Source: Eledone cirrhosa
Taxonomy: Eukaryota
DNA: 64,000 nucleotides
Assembly (NCBI GenBank): GCA_964016885.1
Contig: OZ024757.1
Location: 9,362,001-9,426,000, forward strand
Direction of reading: 5' to 3'
Under the pieces are notes generated by a model. That model saw nothing but the letters and a program-made list of their open reading frames with translations. It was not told the origin of the DNA and searched no databases. The position numbers and the translations under genes were made by a program. Below, piece by piece: positions 1 to 15,962 of this stretch (positions within the stretch are counted from its first letter, which is position 1; the number at the start of each line of letters is the position of its first letter).

Positions 1-394
1 CTTGATAACAGTCGTTATAACTAAAATGTATTCTTACATACACACGCATACCGTGTGTGTACACAGAATCTCACAGTCACACACGCACACACATGCTTCA
101 CACACTCAAAAAGCCACCAAACCAACGGAGAAACACACACAAACCGTTACTCGTTAATGTTATATACAACCCAATATACATATATGTACAGATCAACATA
201 CGCAAAACACTAGCATGACTTCACTTATATATATATATATACACACTATTTTATTCATCAGTTCCAGCATACACAATATGTAGACTTTCATGTTTACAAA
301 TATATGATGTAATCTCGATTTGACATTAATGTTGAAACACGTGTCATAGTTCTCTGTACAGACTAATAGAAAGTGTGTTTGAAATAAAACTTAC

Positions 395-460
395 GTTCGT
401 TGGAGACAGTGTCTATTGTTATGCCTGGCTGAGAGACAAGCTTCTCTACAGGTGAAATAA
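395..460 (-). CDS. Putative repeated exon B (66 nt, phase 1-1), (I)ISPVE[K/N]LVSQPGITIDTVSNE; further copies at 1825-1890, 3292-3357, 4799-4864, 6225-6290, 7678-7743, 9170-9235, 10621-10686, 12121-12186
   Basis: Minus strand reads ttttcttccatatttcttccag|TT ATT TCA CCT ... AAC GAA C|gtaagt: polypyrimidine tract plus CAG acceptor, GTAAGT donor, length divisible by 3, no stop. Confidence 0.7.
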
Positions 461-1082
461 CTGGAAGAAATATGGAAGAAAATAATAGGAATGCAAGAAG
501 CTTTTCTTGGGAAGAGTTTGTTATCAATTTGAAGAAATGGTAGAATAAGACGTTGTATTTTGAATTACCTAGACCCATTTAGTTATATATGGGCTGTCTG
601 GAATTATGAGACAAATATGGTAGTTTCGATATGTGCATAAAGAACAAATATATATGATGGGATAACCAAATATGTAGAGCAATAGCTGATCTAGTCATAC
701 GAGGATAAGGAGTATGAACAACGAAGGAAGACCTGAAATAGTGAAGAAGTGTCGGAGGAAATTTTGTTAAAGATGAGAACTCTGATCTGTGAGATTATTC
801 CATCTACCTCAAAGTATCTTGTGCAACATTCATCTTCTCTTTTTAACCAGAAATGTCATTCTTTCATAGATAACTCTGATAATAGCCTGAAAAAGTGTAT
901 CTTTACTTTTGACCTCATTGTAATGTCTCTAAGGATCAAGGTCAATAAAATATTTATCCTTGATTATGTTAGGGAGATTGTAATATAATATTCTTGACTG
1001 AAATAAGTGGTTATAAATTTACTGATCAAAACATAAATAAGTTTCTGAATAATTAATAGTTAATTTTAAATTAATAACTTAC

Positions 1083-1142
1083 TCTTTTCGGCAAGTTTGG
1101 TCTTGAGTGTTGCACTTCGAGAAGACAAATATGAAGCGTCAG
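1083..1142 (-). CDS. Putative repeated exon A (60 nt, phase 1-1), (P)[19 protein letters not shown]; further copies at 2513-2572, 3982-4041, 5489-5548, 6913-6972, 8368-8427, 9858-9917, 11309-11368
   Basis: Minus strand reads ttttgtttatgttttctag|CT GAC GCT TCA ... GAA AAG A|gtaagtta: canonical sites, length divisible by 3, open in the same phase as exon B. Confidence 0.65.
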
Positions 1143-1301
1143 CTAGAAAACATAAACAAAATAATAGTAAAACTGTATGTATATATATACAAATTTATAT
1201 TACAAATACAGAAAACAGTTATTAGATTCATTATCTCTGATATACTGATAAATACACCAGGTCCGAACACAAAAAGAAACAAGTTACCATGTCCTTACCA
1301 A

Positions 1302-1370
<69 letters not shown>

Positions 1371-2731
1371 TATAGGAACACGGCGTCTTAGCTTCTTCGT
1401 AAATATACATTTACTACTGAATTTTCTCTAATCTTGATAACAGTCGTTATAACTAAAATGTATTCTTACATACACTCGCATATCGTGTGTGTACACAGAA
1501 TCTCACAGTCACACACGCACACACATGGTTCACACACTCAAAAAGCCACCAAACCAACGGAGAAACACACACAAACTGTTACTCGTTAATGTTATATACA
1601 ACCCAATATACATATATGTACAGATCAACATACGCAAAACACTAGCATGACTTCACTTATATATATATATACACACTATTTTATTCATCAGTTCCAGCAT
1701 ACACAATATGTAGACTTTCATGTTTACAAATATATGATGTAATCTCGATTTGACATTAATGTTGAAACACGTGTCATAGTTCTCTGTACAGACTAATAGA
1801 AAGTGTGTTTGAAATAAAACTTACGTTCGTTGGAGACAGTGTCTATTGTTATGCCTGGCTGAGAGACAAGGTTCTCTACAGGTGAAATAACTGGAAGAAA
1901 TATGGAAGAAAATAATTTAAATGCAAGAAGCTTTTCTTGGGAAGAGTTTGTTATCAATTTGAAGAAATGGTAGAATAAGGCGTTGTATTTTGAGTTACCT
2001 AGACCCATTTAGTTATATATGGGCTGTCTGGAATTATGAGACAAATATGGTAGTTTCGATATGTGCATAAAGAACAAATATATATGATGGGATAACCAAA
2101 TATGTAGAGCAATATCTGATCTAGTCATACGAGGATAAGGAGTATGAACAACGAAGGAAGACCTGAAATAGTGAAGAAGTGTCGGAGGAAATTTTGTTAA
2201 AGATGAGAACTCTGATCTGTGAGATTATTCCATCTACCTCAAAGTATCTTGTGCAACATTCATCTTCTCTTTTTAACCAGAAATGTCATTCTTTCATAGA
2301 TAACTCTGATAATAGCCTGAAAAAGTGTATCTTTACTTTTGACCTCATTGTAATGTCTCTAAGGATCAAGGTCAATAAAATGTTTATCCTTGATTATGTT
2401 AGGGAGATTGTAATATAATATTCTTGACTGAAATAAGTGGTTATAAATTTACTGATTAAAACATAAATAAGTTTCTGAATAATTAATAGTTAATTTTAAA
2501 TTAATAACTTACTCTTTTCGGCAAGTTTGGTCTTGAGTGTTGCACTTCGAGAAGACAAATATGAAGCGTCAGCTAGAAAACATAAACAAAATAATAGTAA
2601 AACTGTATGTATATATATACAAATTTATATTACAAATACAGAAAACAGTTATTAGATTCATTATCTCTGATATACTGATAAATACACCAGGTCCGAACAC
2701 AAAAAGAAACAAGTTACCTTGTCCTTACCAA

Positions 2732-2840
<109 letters not shown>

Positions 2841-4198
2841 TATAGGAACATGGCGTCTTAGCTTCGTAAATATACATTTACTACTGAATTTTCTCTAATC
2901 TTGATAACAGTCGTTATAACTAAAATGTATTCTTACATACACACGCATACCGTGTGTGTACACAGAATCTCACAGTCACACACGCACACACATGGTTCAC
3001 ACACTCAAAAAGCCACCAAACCAACGGAGAAACACACACAAACTGTTACTCGTTAATGTTATATACAACCCAATATACATATATGTACAGATCAACATAC
3101 GCAAAACACTAGCATGACTTCACTTATATATATATATACACACTATTTTATTCATCAGTTCCAGCATACACAATATGTAGACTTTCATGCTTATAAATAT
3201 ATAATGTAATCTCGATTTGACATTAATCTTGAAACACGTGTCATAGTTCTCTGTACAGACTAATAGAAAGTGTGTTTGAAATAAAACTTACGTTCGTTGG
3301 AGACAGTGTCTATTGTTATGCCTGGCTGAGAGACAAGGTTCTCTACAGGTGAAATAACTGGAAGAAATATGGAAGAAAATAATAGGAATGCAAGAAGCTT
3401 TTCTTGGGAAGAGTTTGTTATCAATTTGAAGAAATGGTAGAATAAGACGTTGTATTTTGAGTTACCTAGACCCATTTAGTTATATATGGGCTGTCTAGAA
3501 TTATGAGACAAATATGGTAGTTTCGATATGTGCATAAAGAACAAATATATATTTGATGGGATAACCAAATATGTAGAGCAATAGCTGATCTAGTCATACG
3601 AGGATAAGGAGTATGAACAACGAAGGAAGACCTGAAATAGTGAAGAAGTGTCGGAGGAAATTTTGTTAAAGATGAGAACTCTGATCTGTGAGATTATTCC
3701 ATCTACCTCAAAGTATCTTGTGCAACATTCATCTTCTCTTTTTAACCAGAAATGTCATTCTTTCATAGATAACTCTGATAATAGCCTGAAAAAGTGTATC
3801 TTTACTTTTGACCTCATTGTAATGTCTCTAAGGATCAAGGTCAATAAAATATTTATCCTTGATTATGTTAGGGAGATTGTAATATAATATTCTTGACTGA
3901 AATAAGTGGTTATAAATTTACTGATCAAAACATAAATAAGTTTCTGAATAATTAATAGTTAATTTTAAATTAATAACTTACTCTTTTCGGCAAGTTTGGT
4001 CTTGAGTGTTGCACTTCGAGAAGACAAATATGAAGCGTCAGCTAGAAAACATAAACAAAATAATAGTAAAACTGTATGTATATATATACAAATTTATATT
4101 ACAAATACAGAAAACAGTTATTAGATTCATTATCTCTGATATACTGATAAATACACCAGGTCCGAACACAAAAAGAAACAAGTTACCATGTCCTTACC

Positions 4199-4347
<149 letters not shown>

Positions 4348-5707
4348 TATAGGAACACGGCGTCTTAGCTTCGTAAATATACATTTACTACTGAATTTTC
4401 TCTAATCTTGATAACAGTCGTTATAACTAAAATGTATTCTTACATACACACGCATACCGTGTGTGTACACAGAATCTCACAGTCACACACGCACACACAT
4501 GGTTCACACACTCAAAAAGCCACCAAACCAACGGAGAAACACACACAAACTGTTACTCGTTAATGTTATATACAACCCAATATACATATATGTACAGATC
4601 AACATACGCAAAACACTAGCATGACTTCACTTATATATATATATACACACTATTTTATTCATCAGTTCCAGCATACACAATATGTAGACTTTCATGCTTA
4701 TAAATATATAATGTAATCTCGATTTGACATTAATCTTGAAACACGTGTCATAGTTCTCTGTACAGACTAATAGAAAGTGTGTTTGAAATAAAACTTACGT
4801 TCGTTGGAGACAGTGTCTATTGTTATGCCTGGCTGAGAGACAAGGTTCTCTACAGGTGAAATAACTGGAAGAAATATGGAAGAAAATAATAGGAATGCAA
4901 GAAGCTTTTCTTGGGAAGAGTTTGTTATCAATTTGAAGAAATGGTAGAATAAGACGTTGTATTTTGAGTTACCTAGACCCATTTAGTTATATATGGGCTG
5001 TCTAGAATTATGAGACAAATATGGTAGTTTCGATATGTGCATAAAGAACAAATATATATTTGATGGGATAACCAAATATGTAGAGCAATAGCTGATCTAG
5101 TCATACGAGGATAAGAAGTATGAACAACGAAGGAAGACCTGAAATAGTGAAGAAGTGTCGGAGGAAATTTTGTTAAAGATGAGAACTCTGATCTGTGAGA
5201 TTATTCCATCTACCTCAAAGTATCTTGTGCAACATTCATCTTCTCTTTTTAACCAGAAATGTCATTCTTTCATAGATAACTCTGATAATAGCCTGAAAAA
5301 GTGTATCTTTACTTTTGACCTCATTGTAATGTCTCTAAGGATCAAGGTCAATAAAATATTTATCCTTGATTATGTTAGGGAGATTGTAATATAATATTCT
5401 TGACTGAAATAAGTGGTTATAAATTTACTGATCAAAACATAAATAAGTTTCTGAATAATTAATAGTTAATTTTAAATTAATAACTTACTCTTTTCGGCAA
5501 GTTTGGTCTTGAGTGTTGCACTTCGAGAAGACAAATATGAAGCGTCAGCTAGAAAACATAAACAAAATAATAGTAAAACTGTATGTATATATATACAAAT
5601 TTATATTACAAATACAGAAAACAGTTATTAGATTCATTATCTCTGATATACTGATAAATACACCAGGTCCGAACACAAAAAGAAACAAGTTACCATGTCC
5701 TTACCAA

Positions 5708-5770
<63 letters not shown>

Positions 5771-7131
5771 TATAGGAACACGGCGTCTTAGCTTCTTCGT
5801 AAATATACATTTACTACTGAATTTTCTCTAATCTTGATAACAGTCGTTATAACTAAAATGTATTCTTACATACACTCGCATACCGTGTGTGTACACAGAA
5901 TCTCACAGTCACACACGCACACACATGGTTCACACACTCAAAAAGCCACCAAACCAACGGAGAAACACACACAAACTGTTACTCGTTAATGTTATATACA
6001 ACCCAATATACATATATGTACAGATCAACATACGCAAAACACTAGCATGACTTCACTTATATATATATATACACACTATTTTATTCATCAGTTCCAGCAT
6101 ACACAATATGTAGACTTTCATGTTTACAAATATATGATGTAATCTCGATTTGACATTAATGTTGAAACACGTGTCATAGTTCTCTGTACAGACTAATAGA
6201 AAGTGTGTTTGAAATAAAACTTACGTTCGTTGGAGACAGTGTCTATTGTTATGCCTGGCTGAGAGACAAGGTTCTCTACAGGTGAAATAACTGGAAGAAA
6301 TATGGAAGAAAATAATTTAAATGCAAGAAGCTTTTCTTGGGAAGAGTTTGTTATCAATTTGAAGAAATGGTAGAATAAGGCGTTGTATTTTGAGTTACCT
6401 AGACCCATTTAGTTATATATGGGCTGTCTGGAATTATGAGACAAATATGGTAGTTTCGATATGTGCATAAAGAACAAATATATATGATGGGATAACCAAA
6501 TATGTAGAGCAATATCTGATCTAGTCATACGAGGATAAGGAGTATGAACAACGAAGGAAGACCTGAAATAGTGAAGAAGTGTCGGAGGAAATTTTGTTAA
6601 AGATGAGAACTCTGATCTGTGAGATTATTCCATCTACCTCAAAGTATCTTGTGCAACATTCATCTTCTCTTTTTAACCAGAAATGTCATTCTTTCATAGA
6701 TAACTCTGATAATAGCCTGAAAAAGTGTATCTTTACTTTTGACCTCATTGTAATGTCTCTAAGGATCAAGGTCAATAAAATGTTTATCCTTGATTATGTT
6801 AGGGAGATTGTAATATAATATTCTTGACTGAAATAAGTGGTTATAAATTTACTGATCAAAACATAAATAAGTTTCTGAATAATTAATAGTTAATTTTAAA
6901 TTAATAACTTACTCTTTTCGGCAAGTTTGGTCTTGAGTGTTGCACTTCGAGAAGACAAATATGAAGCGTCAGCTAGAAAACATAAACAAAATAATAGTAA
7001 AACTGTATGTATATATATACAAATTTATATTACAAATACAGAAAACAGTTATTAGATTCATTATCTCTGATATACTGATAAATACACCAGGTCCGAACAC
7101 AAAAAGAAACAAGTTACCTTGTCCTTACCAA

Positions 7132-7226
<95 letters not shown>

Positions 7227-8584
7227 TATAGGAACATGGCGTCTTAGCTTCGTAAATATACATTTACTACTGAATTTTCTCTAATCTTGATAACAGTCGT
7301 TATAACTAAAATGTATTCTTACATACACACGCATACCGTGTGTGTACACAGAATCTCACAGTCACACACGCACACACATGGTTCACACACTCAAAAAGCC
7401 ACCAAACCAACGGAGAAACACACACAAACTGTTACTCGTTAATGTTATATACAACCCAATATACATATATGTACAGATCAACATACGCAAAACACTAGCA
7501 TGACTTCACTTATATATATATATACACACTATTTTATTCATCAGTTCCAGCATACACAATATGTAGACTTTCATGCTTATAAATATATAATGTAATCTCG
7601 ATTTGACATTAATCTTGAAACACGTGTCATAGTTCTCTGTACAGACTAATAGAAAGTGTGTTTGAAATAAAACTTACGTTCGTTGGAGACAGTGTCTATT
7701 GTTATGCCTGGCTGAGAGACAAGGTTCTCTACAGGTGAAATAACTGGAAGAAATATGGAAGAAAATAATAGGAATGCAAGAAGCTTTTCTTGGGAAGAGT
7801 TTGTTATCAATTTGAAGAAATGGTAGAATAAGACGTTGTATTTTGAGTTACCTAGACCCATTTAGTTATATATGGGCTGTCTAGAATTATGAGACAAATA
7901 TGGTAGTTTCGATATGTGCATAAAGAACAAATATATATTTGATGGGATAACCAAATATGTAGAGCAATAGCTGATCTAGTCATACGAGGATAAGGAGTAT
8001 GAACAACGAAGGAAGACCTGAAATAGTGAAGAAGTGTCGGAGGAAATTTTGTTAAAGATGAGAACTCTGATCTGTGAGATTATTCCATCTACCTCAAAGT
8101 ATCTTGTGCAACATTCATCTTCTCTTTTTAACCAGAAATGTCATTCTTTCATAGATAACTCTGATAATAGCCTGAAAAAGTGTATCTTTACTTTTGACCT
8201 CATTGTAATGTCTCTAAGGATCAAGGTCAATAAAATATTTATCCTTGATTATGTTAGGGAGATTGTAATATAATATTCTTGACTGAAATAAGTGGTTATA
8301 AATTTACTGATCAAAACATAAATAAGTTTCTGAATAATTAATAGTTAATTTTAAATTAATAACTTACTCTTTTCGGCAAGTTTGGTCTTGAGTGTTGCAC
8401 TTCGAGAAGACAAATATGAAGCGTCAGCTAGAAAACATAAACAAAATAATAGTAAAACTGTATGTATATATATACAAATTTATATTACAAATACAGAAAA
8501 CAGTTATTAGATTCATTATCTCTGATATACTGATAAATACACCAGGTCCGAACACAAAAAGAAACAAGTTACCATGTCCTTACC

Positions 8585-8709
<125 letters not shown>

Positions 8710-10076
8710 CATATATATAGGAACACGGCGTCTTAGCTTCTTCGTAAATATACATTTACTACTGAATTTTCTCTAATCTTGATAACAGTCGTTATAACTA
8801 AAATGTATTCTTACATACACTCGCATACCGTGTGTGTACACAGAATCTCACAGTCACACACGCACACACATGGTTCACACACTCAAAAAGCCACCAAACC
8901 AACGGAGAAACACACACAAACTGTTACTCGTTAATGTTATATACAACCCAATATACATATATGTACAGATCAACATACGCAAAACACTAGCATGACTTCA
9001 CTTATATATATATATACACACTATTTTATTCATCAGTTCCAGCATACACAATATGTAGACTTTCATGTTTACAAATATATGATGTAATCTCGATTTGACA
9101 TTAATGTTGAAACACGTGTCATAGTTCTCTGTACAGACTAATAGAAAGTGTGTTTGAAATAAAACTTACGTTCGTTGGAGACAGTGTCTATTGTTATGCC
9201 TGGCTGAGAGACAAGGTTCTCTACAGGTGAAATAACTGGAAGAAATATGGAAGAAAATAATAGGAATGCAAGAAGCTTTTCTTGGGAAGAGTTTGTTATC
9301 AATTTGAAGAAATGGTAGAATAAGACGTTGTATTTTGAGTTACCTAGACCCATTTAGTTATATATGGGCTGTCTGGAATTATGAGACAAATATGGTAGTT
9401 TCGATATGTGCATAAAGAACAAATATATATGATGGGATAACCACATATGTAGAGCAATAGCTGATCTAGTCATACGAGGATAAGGAGTATGAACAACGAA
9501 GGAAGACCTGAAATAGTGAAGAAGTGTCGGAGGAAATTTTGTTAAAGATGAGAACTCTGATCTGTGAGATTATTCCATCTACCTCAAAGTATCTTGTGCA
9601 ACATTCATCTTCTCTTTTTAACCAGAAATGTCATTCTTTCATAGATAACTCTGATAATAGCCTGAAAAAGTGTATCTTTACTTTTGACCTCATTGTAATG
9701 TCTCTAAGGATCAAGGTCAATAAAATGTTTATCCTTGATTATGTTAGGGAGATTGTAATATAATATTCTTGACTGAAATAAGTGGTTATAAATTTACTGA
9801 TCAAAACATAAATAAGTTTCTGAATAATTAATAGTTAATTTTAAATTAATAACTTACTCTTTTCGGCAAGTTTGGTCTTGAGTGTTGCACTTCGAGAAGA
9901 CAAATATGAAGCGTCAGCTAGAAAACATAAACAAAATAATAGTAAAACTGTATGTATATATATACAAATTTATATTACAAATACAGAAAACAGTTATTAG
10001 ATTCATTATCTCTGATATACTGATAAATACACCAGATCCGAACACAAAAAGAAACAAGTTACCATGTCCTTACCAA

Positions 10077-10169
<93 letters not shown>

Positions 10170-11527
10170 TATAGGAACATGGCGTCTTAGCTTCGTAAAT
10201 ATACATTTACTACTGAATTTTCTCTAATCTTGATAACAGTCGTTATAACTAAAATGTATTCTTACATACACACGCATACCGTGTGTGTACACAGAATCTC
10301 ACAGTCACACACGCACACACATGGTTCACACACTCAAAAAGCCACCAAACCAACGGAGAAACACACACAAACTGTTACTCGTTAATGTTATATACAACCC
10401 AATATACATATATGTACAGATCAACATACGCAAAACACTAGCATGACTTCACTTATATATATATATACACACTATTTTATTCATCAGTTCCAGCATACAC
10501 AATATGTAGACTTTCATGCTTATAAATATATAATGTAATCTCGATTTGACATTGATCTTGAAACACGTGTCATAGTTCTCTGTACAGACTAATAGAAAGT
10601 GTGTTTGAAATAAAACTTACGTTCGTTGGAGACAGTGTCTATTGTTATGCCTGGCTGAGAGACAAGGTTCTCTACAGGTGAAATAACTGGAAGAAATATG
10701 GAAGAAAATAATAGGAATGCAAGAAGCTTTTCTTGGGAAGAGTTTGTTATCAATTTGAAGAAATGGTAGAATAAGACGTTGTATTTTGAGTTACCTAGAC
10801 CCATTTAGTTATATATGGGCTGTCTGGAATTATGAGACAAATATGGTAGTTTCGATATGTGCATAAAGAACAAATATATATGATGGGATAACCACATATG
10901 TAGAGCAATAGCTGATCTAGTCATACGAGGATAAGGAGTATGAACAACGAAGGAAGACCTGAAATAGTGAAGAAGTGTCGGAGGAAATTTTGTTAAAGAT
11001 GAGAACTCTGATCTGTGAGATTATTCCATCTACCTCAAAATATCTTGTGCAACATTCATCTTCTCTTTTTAACCAGAAATGTCATTCTTTCATAGATAAC
11101 TCTGATAATAGCCTGAAAAAGTGTATCTTTACTTTTGACCTCATTGTAATGTCTCTAAGGATCAAGGTCAATAAAATGTTTATCCTTGATTATGTTAGGG
11201 AGATTGTAATATAATATTCTTGACTGAAATAAGTGGTTATAAATTTACTGATCAAAACATAAATAAGTTTCTGAATAATTTATAGTTAATTTTAAATTAA
11301 TAACTTACTCTTTTCGGCAAGTTTGGTCTTGAGTGTTGCACTTCGAGAAGACAAATATGAAGCGTCAGCTAGAAAACATAAACAAAATAATAGTAAAACT
11401 GTATGTATATATATACAAATTTATATTACAAATACAGAAAACAGTTATTAGATTCATTATCTCTGATATACTGATAAATACACCAGGTCCGAACACAAAA
11501 AGAAACAAGTTACCATGTCCTTACCAA

Positions 11528-11660
<133 letters not shown>

Positions 11661-12808
11661 CATATATATAGGAACACGGCGTCTTAGCTTCTTCGTAAAT
11701 ATACATTTACTACTGAATTTTCTCTAATCTTGATAACAGTCGTTATAACTAAAATGTATTCTTACATACACTCGCATACCGTGTGTGTACACAGAATCTC
11801 ACAGTCACACACGCACACACATGGTTCACACACTCAAAAAGCCACCAAACCAACGGAGAAACACACACAAACTGTTACTCGTTAATGTTATATACAACCC
11901 AATATACATATATGTACAGATCAACATACGCAAAACACTAGCATGACTTCACTTATATATATATATACACACTATTTTATTCATCAGTTCCAGCATACAC
12001 AATATGTAGACTTTCATGCTTATAAATATATAATGTAATCTCGATTTGACATTAATGTTGAAACACGTGTCATAGTTCTCTGTACAGACTAATAGAAAGT
12101 GTGTTTGAAATAAAACTTACGTTCGTTGGAGACAGTGTCTATTGTTATGCCTGGCTGAGAGACAAGGTTCTCTACAGGTGAAATAACTGGAAGAAATATG
12201 TAAGAAAATAATAGGAATGCAAGAAGCTTTTCTTGGGAAGAGTTTGTTATCAATTTGAAGAAATGGTAGAATAAGACGTTGTATTTTGAGTTACCTAGAC
12301 CCATTTAGTTATATATGGGCTGTCTGGAATTATGAGACAAATATGGTAGTTTCGATATGTGCATAAAGAACAAATATATATGATGGGATAACCACATATG
12401 TAGAGCAATAGCTGATCTAGTCATACGAGGATAAGGAGTATGAACAACGAAGGAAGACCTGAAATAGTGAAGAAGTGTCGGAGGAAATTTTGTTAAAGAT
12501 GAGAACTCTGATCTGTGAGATTATTCCATCTACCTCAAAGTATCTTGTGCAACATTCATCTTCTCTTTTTAACCAGAAATGTCATTCTTTCATAGATAAC
12601 TCTGATAATAGCCTGAAAAAGTGTATCTTTACTTTTGACCTCATTGTAATGTCTCTAAGGATCAAGGTCAATAAAATGTTTATCCTTGATTATGTTAGGG
12701 AGATTGTAATATAATATTCTTGACTGAAATAAGTAGTTATAAATTTACTGATCAAAACATAAATAAGTTTCTGAATAATTAATAGATAATTTTAAATTAA
12801 TAACTTAC

Positions 12809-12868
12809 TCTTTTCGGAGAGTTTGGTCTTGAGTGTTGCACTTCAAGAAGACAAATATGTAGCGTCAG
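12809..12868 (-). pseudogene. Exon A copy with an in-frame stop (CGA>TGA)
   Basis: Plus strand has cttcaagaag at 12841 where the other copies have cttcgagaag. On the minus strand this gives TCT TCT TGA. Splice sites are intact. Confidence 0.6.
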
Positions 12869-13037
12869 CTAGAAAACATAAACAAAATAATAGTAAAACT
12901 GTATGTATATATATACAAATTTATATTACAAATACAGAAAACAGTTATTAGATTCATTATTTCTGATATACTGATAAATACACCAGGTCCGAACACAAAA
13001 AGAACCAAGTTACCATGTCCTTACCAAATATATATAT

Positions 13038-13084
<47 letters not shown>

Positions 13085-13518
13085 GGACCACTGCGTGTTA
13101 GCTCCGTAAATATACATTTACTACCAAATTTTCTCTAATCGTTATAACTAAAATGTATTCTTACATACACACGCATATCGTGTGTGTACACAGAATCTCA
13201 CAGTCACACACGCACACACATGGTTCACACACTCAAAAAGCCACCAAATCAACGGACAAACACACACAAACTGTTACTCGTTAATGTTATATACAACCCA
13301 ATATACATATATGTACAGATCAACATACGCAAAACACTAGCATGACTTCACTTATATATATATACACACTATTTTAATTCATCAGTTCTAACATACACAA
13401 TATGTAGACTTTCATGTTTACAAATATATAATGTAATCTCGATTTGACATTAATGTTGAAACACGTGTCATAGTTCTCTGTACAGACTAATAGAAATTGT
13501 GTTTGAAATAAAACTTAC

Positions 13519-13584
13519 CTTTTTTGGAGACAGCGTCTCTTTTTATGACTGGCTCAGAGATAATGTCCTCTACAGGACTCACAA
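13519..13584 (-). CDS. Diverged exon B copy, VSPVEDIISEPVIKRDAVSKK
   Basis: cag acceptor and gtaagt donor are kept, it is still 66 nt, and the frame is open despite many substitutions. Confidence 0.65.
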
Positions 13585-13795
13585 CTGGAAAAGAATACGG
13601 AAGAAAATAATAGGAAAGCTAGAAGGGTTTCTTGGGAAGAGTTAGTTGTCAATTTGAAGAAAACGTAGAATAAGGTGTTGTATTTTAAATTAGCTAGAAC
13701 AATTTAGTTATATATGGGCTGTCTGGTATTATGAGACAAATATTGTAGCTTCCCACTGGGCCTAAAGAACAAAAAGAGCCAAGTTACCATGTCCT

Positions 13796-13852
<57 letters not shown>

Positions 13853-14333
13853 CATATTCAAGTATTTTTATAAATGCACGATTCAGGACCACGGCGTCTT
13901 AGCTCCGTAAATATACATTTACTACCAAATTTTCTCTAATCATGATAACAGTCGTTACAACTAAAATTTATTCTTACATACACACGCATACAGTGTGTGT
14001 ACACAGAATCTCACCGTCACACACGCACACACATAGCTCACACACTCAAAAAGCCACCAAACCAACGGACAATCACACGCAAACTGTTACTCGTTAATGT
14101 TATATACAACCCAATATACATATGTGTATACATCAACATACGCAAAACACTAGCATGACTTCACTTATATATATATACACACTATTTTATTCATCAGTTC
14201 CAGCATACACAATATATAGACTTCCATGTTGTTTACAAATATATAATGTATTCTCGATTTGTCATTAATGTTGAAACACGTGTCATAGTTTTCTGTACAG
14301 ACTAATAGAAAGTTTGTTTGAAATACAATTTAC

Positions 14334-14399
14334 ATTCTTTGGAGACAGCATTAGTAGGTATGCTTGGCTCAGAGACAAATTTCTCTAGAGGGGAAATAA
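14334..14399 (-). CDS. Diverged exon B copy, ISPLEKFVSEPSIPTNAVSKE
   Basis: 66 nt, cag acceptor, weaker gtaaat donor, open frame. Confidence 0.55.
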
Positions 14400-15033
14400 C
14401 TGGAATAAAATACGGAAGAAAATATTAGGAAAGCTACAAGGTTTTCTTGGCAAGAGATTGTTGTCAATTTGAGGAAATGGTAGAATAATGTGTCGTATTT
14501 TAAATTAGCTATAACTCTTTAGTTATATGTGGGGCGTCTGGAATCGTAATACAGATATTACTGGTTCCCACTGGTCCTAAAGAACAAATATATATGATGG
14601 TATAACCAAATATTTAGAGCAATGCCCGATCTACTGGATACGTGTATGAGGAGTATGAACAACGAAGGGGGACCAGAAATAGTGAAGAAGTGTGGGAGGT
14701 AATTTTGTTAAATATGAGAACACCGATGTGTCTGATAATTCCATCTACCTCAATGTATCTAGTGCAACATTCACCTTTTCTTTTGAACCAGATATAATGT
14801 CATTCTTTCTTAGATAACTCTGAAAATGCGCTGAAAAGTTGTATCTTTACTTTTGACTACATTGTAAGATCTCTGATGATGGAAGTGAATAAAATGTTTA
14901 TCCTTGATTATATTAGTGCGTTTGTAATATAAAGTGTGATATTCATGACTGAATTAGGTAGTTACAAATTTACAGTTCAAAATATAAACAAATTACTGAA
15001 TAATTAATAAATAATCTTTAAATTATAACTTAC

Positions 15034-15093
15034 TATTGTGAAAACGTTTGGTTTTTGATGTTGATCTTCGAGAAGACACATAAGATGTGTCAG
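15034..15093 (-). CDS. Diverged exon A copy, DTSYVSSRRSTSKTKRFHN
   Basis: 60 nt, ttttctag acceptor, gtaagt donor, open frame. Confidence 0.6.
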
Positions 15094-15144
15094 CTAGAAA
15101 ATATAAAGAAAATAATAGTAAACCTATATGTATATATAGACATA

Positions 15145-15322
15145 ATTGTTTTTACATTTGGCACAAGCCCAGCAATTACCCAGTACATTACTGGAACTTT
15201 CTTTTATCGACCCCGTAGTTATGAAAGGCAAAGTTAACCTCGGCGGTATTTGAACTCAGAATGGCAAGGGCCGTAGCACTATGCGTCAAAGCATCGCGTC
15301 CGACTCTCTTCCAATACTGCCA
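15145..15322 (-). mobile_element. tRNA-derived SINE inserted in a diverged array unit
   Basis: Minus strand shows A-box-like TGGCAGTATTGG, B-box-like GAGTTCAAATA and the core GCCTTTCAT...GGGGTCGATAAAA. Related copies occur at 16470, 20850 and 46800. Confidence 0.8.
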
Positions 15323-15430
15323 AATAATATTACAAATACATGAAACTGTTATTAGACTCATTATCTCTGATATACTGATATATACACCAGGCCCGTTCAC
15401 AAAAAGTACAATGCACCCGCTGTCCTTGCC

Positions 15431-15471
<41 letters not shown>

Positions 15472-15962
15472 TGTATATGTATTTATATAAATGAAAACAT
15501 TCAGGATCACGGCGTCTTACCTTCGTGAATATACATTTACTACCAAGTTTTCTTTAATCATGATGACAGTTGTTATGCCTAAAATGTATTTTTACATACA
15601 CACGAATATGGAGTGTGCACACAGAAACTCACACTCGCTCACGCACACACAGTGCTCAAACACATCATTACACAAAACACACTGCAAAAGCCACCAACGG
15701 ACAAACGCACACAGACAGTTACTCGATAATGTTATATACAAACCAATATACATATATGTATACAGCAACATACGCAAAATACCAGCATGACTTCATTTAT
15801 ATATATATACACACTATTTTATTCATCAGTTCCAGCATACACAATATATAGTCTTCCATGTTTACAAATATATAATGTAATCTCGATTTGATATTAAGGT
15901 TAAAAAACGTGTTATAGTTTTCTGTACAGACAAATAGAAAATGTGTTTGAAATACAATTTAC

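Noticed and set aside
363-578. 71-aa minus-strand ORF as a standalone gene
   Set aside because: Only its 66-nt core stays open and length-conserved in diverged copies, so it is better explained as an exon with intronic flanks.
565-735. Possible third exon per unit (acceptor-like ctatttcag near 733; donor-like gtaa near 568; tttag acceptor in old copies)
   Set aside because: All frames contain stops, the lengths are not divisible by 3, and the acceptor and donor are not both present in the same copies.
749-1391. Recurrent plus-strand ORFs (79 aa MSEEIL..., ~100 aa MLHFEK...YIYIYI) in each unit
   Set aside because: They have non-ATG starts, run into (TA)n, and are broken in diverged copies. 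They recur only because the DNA is repeated.
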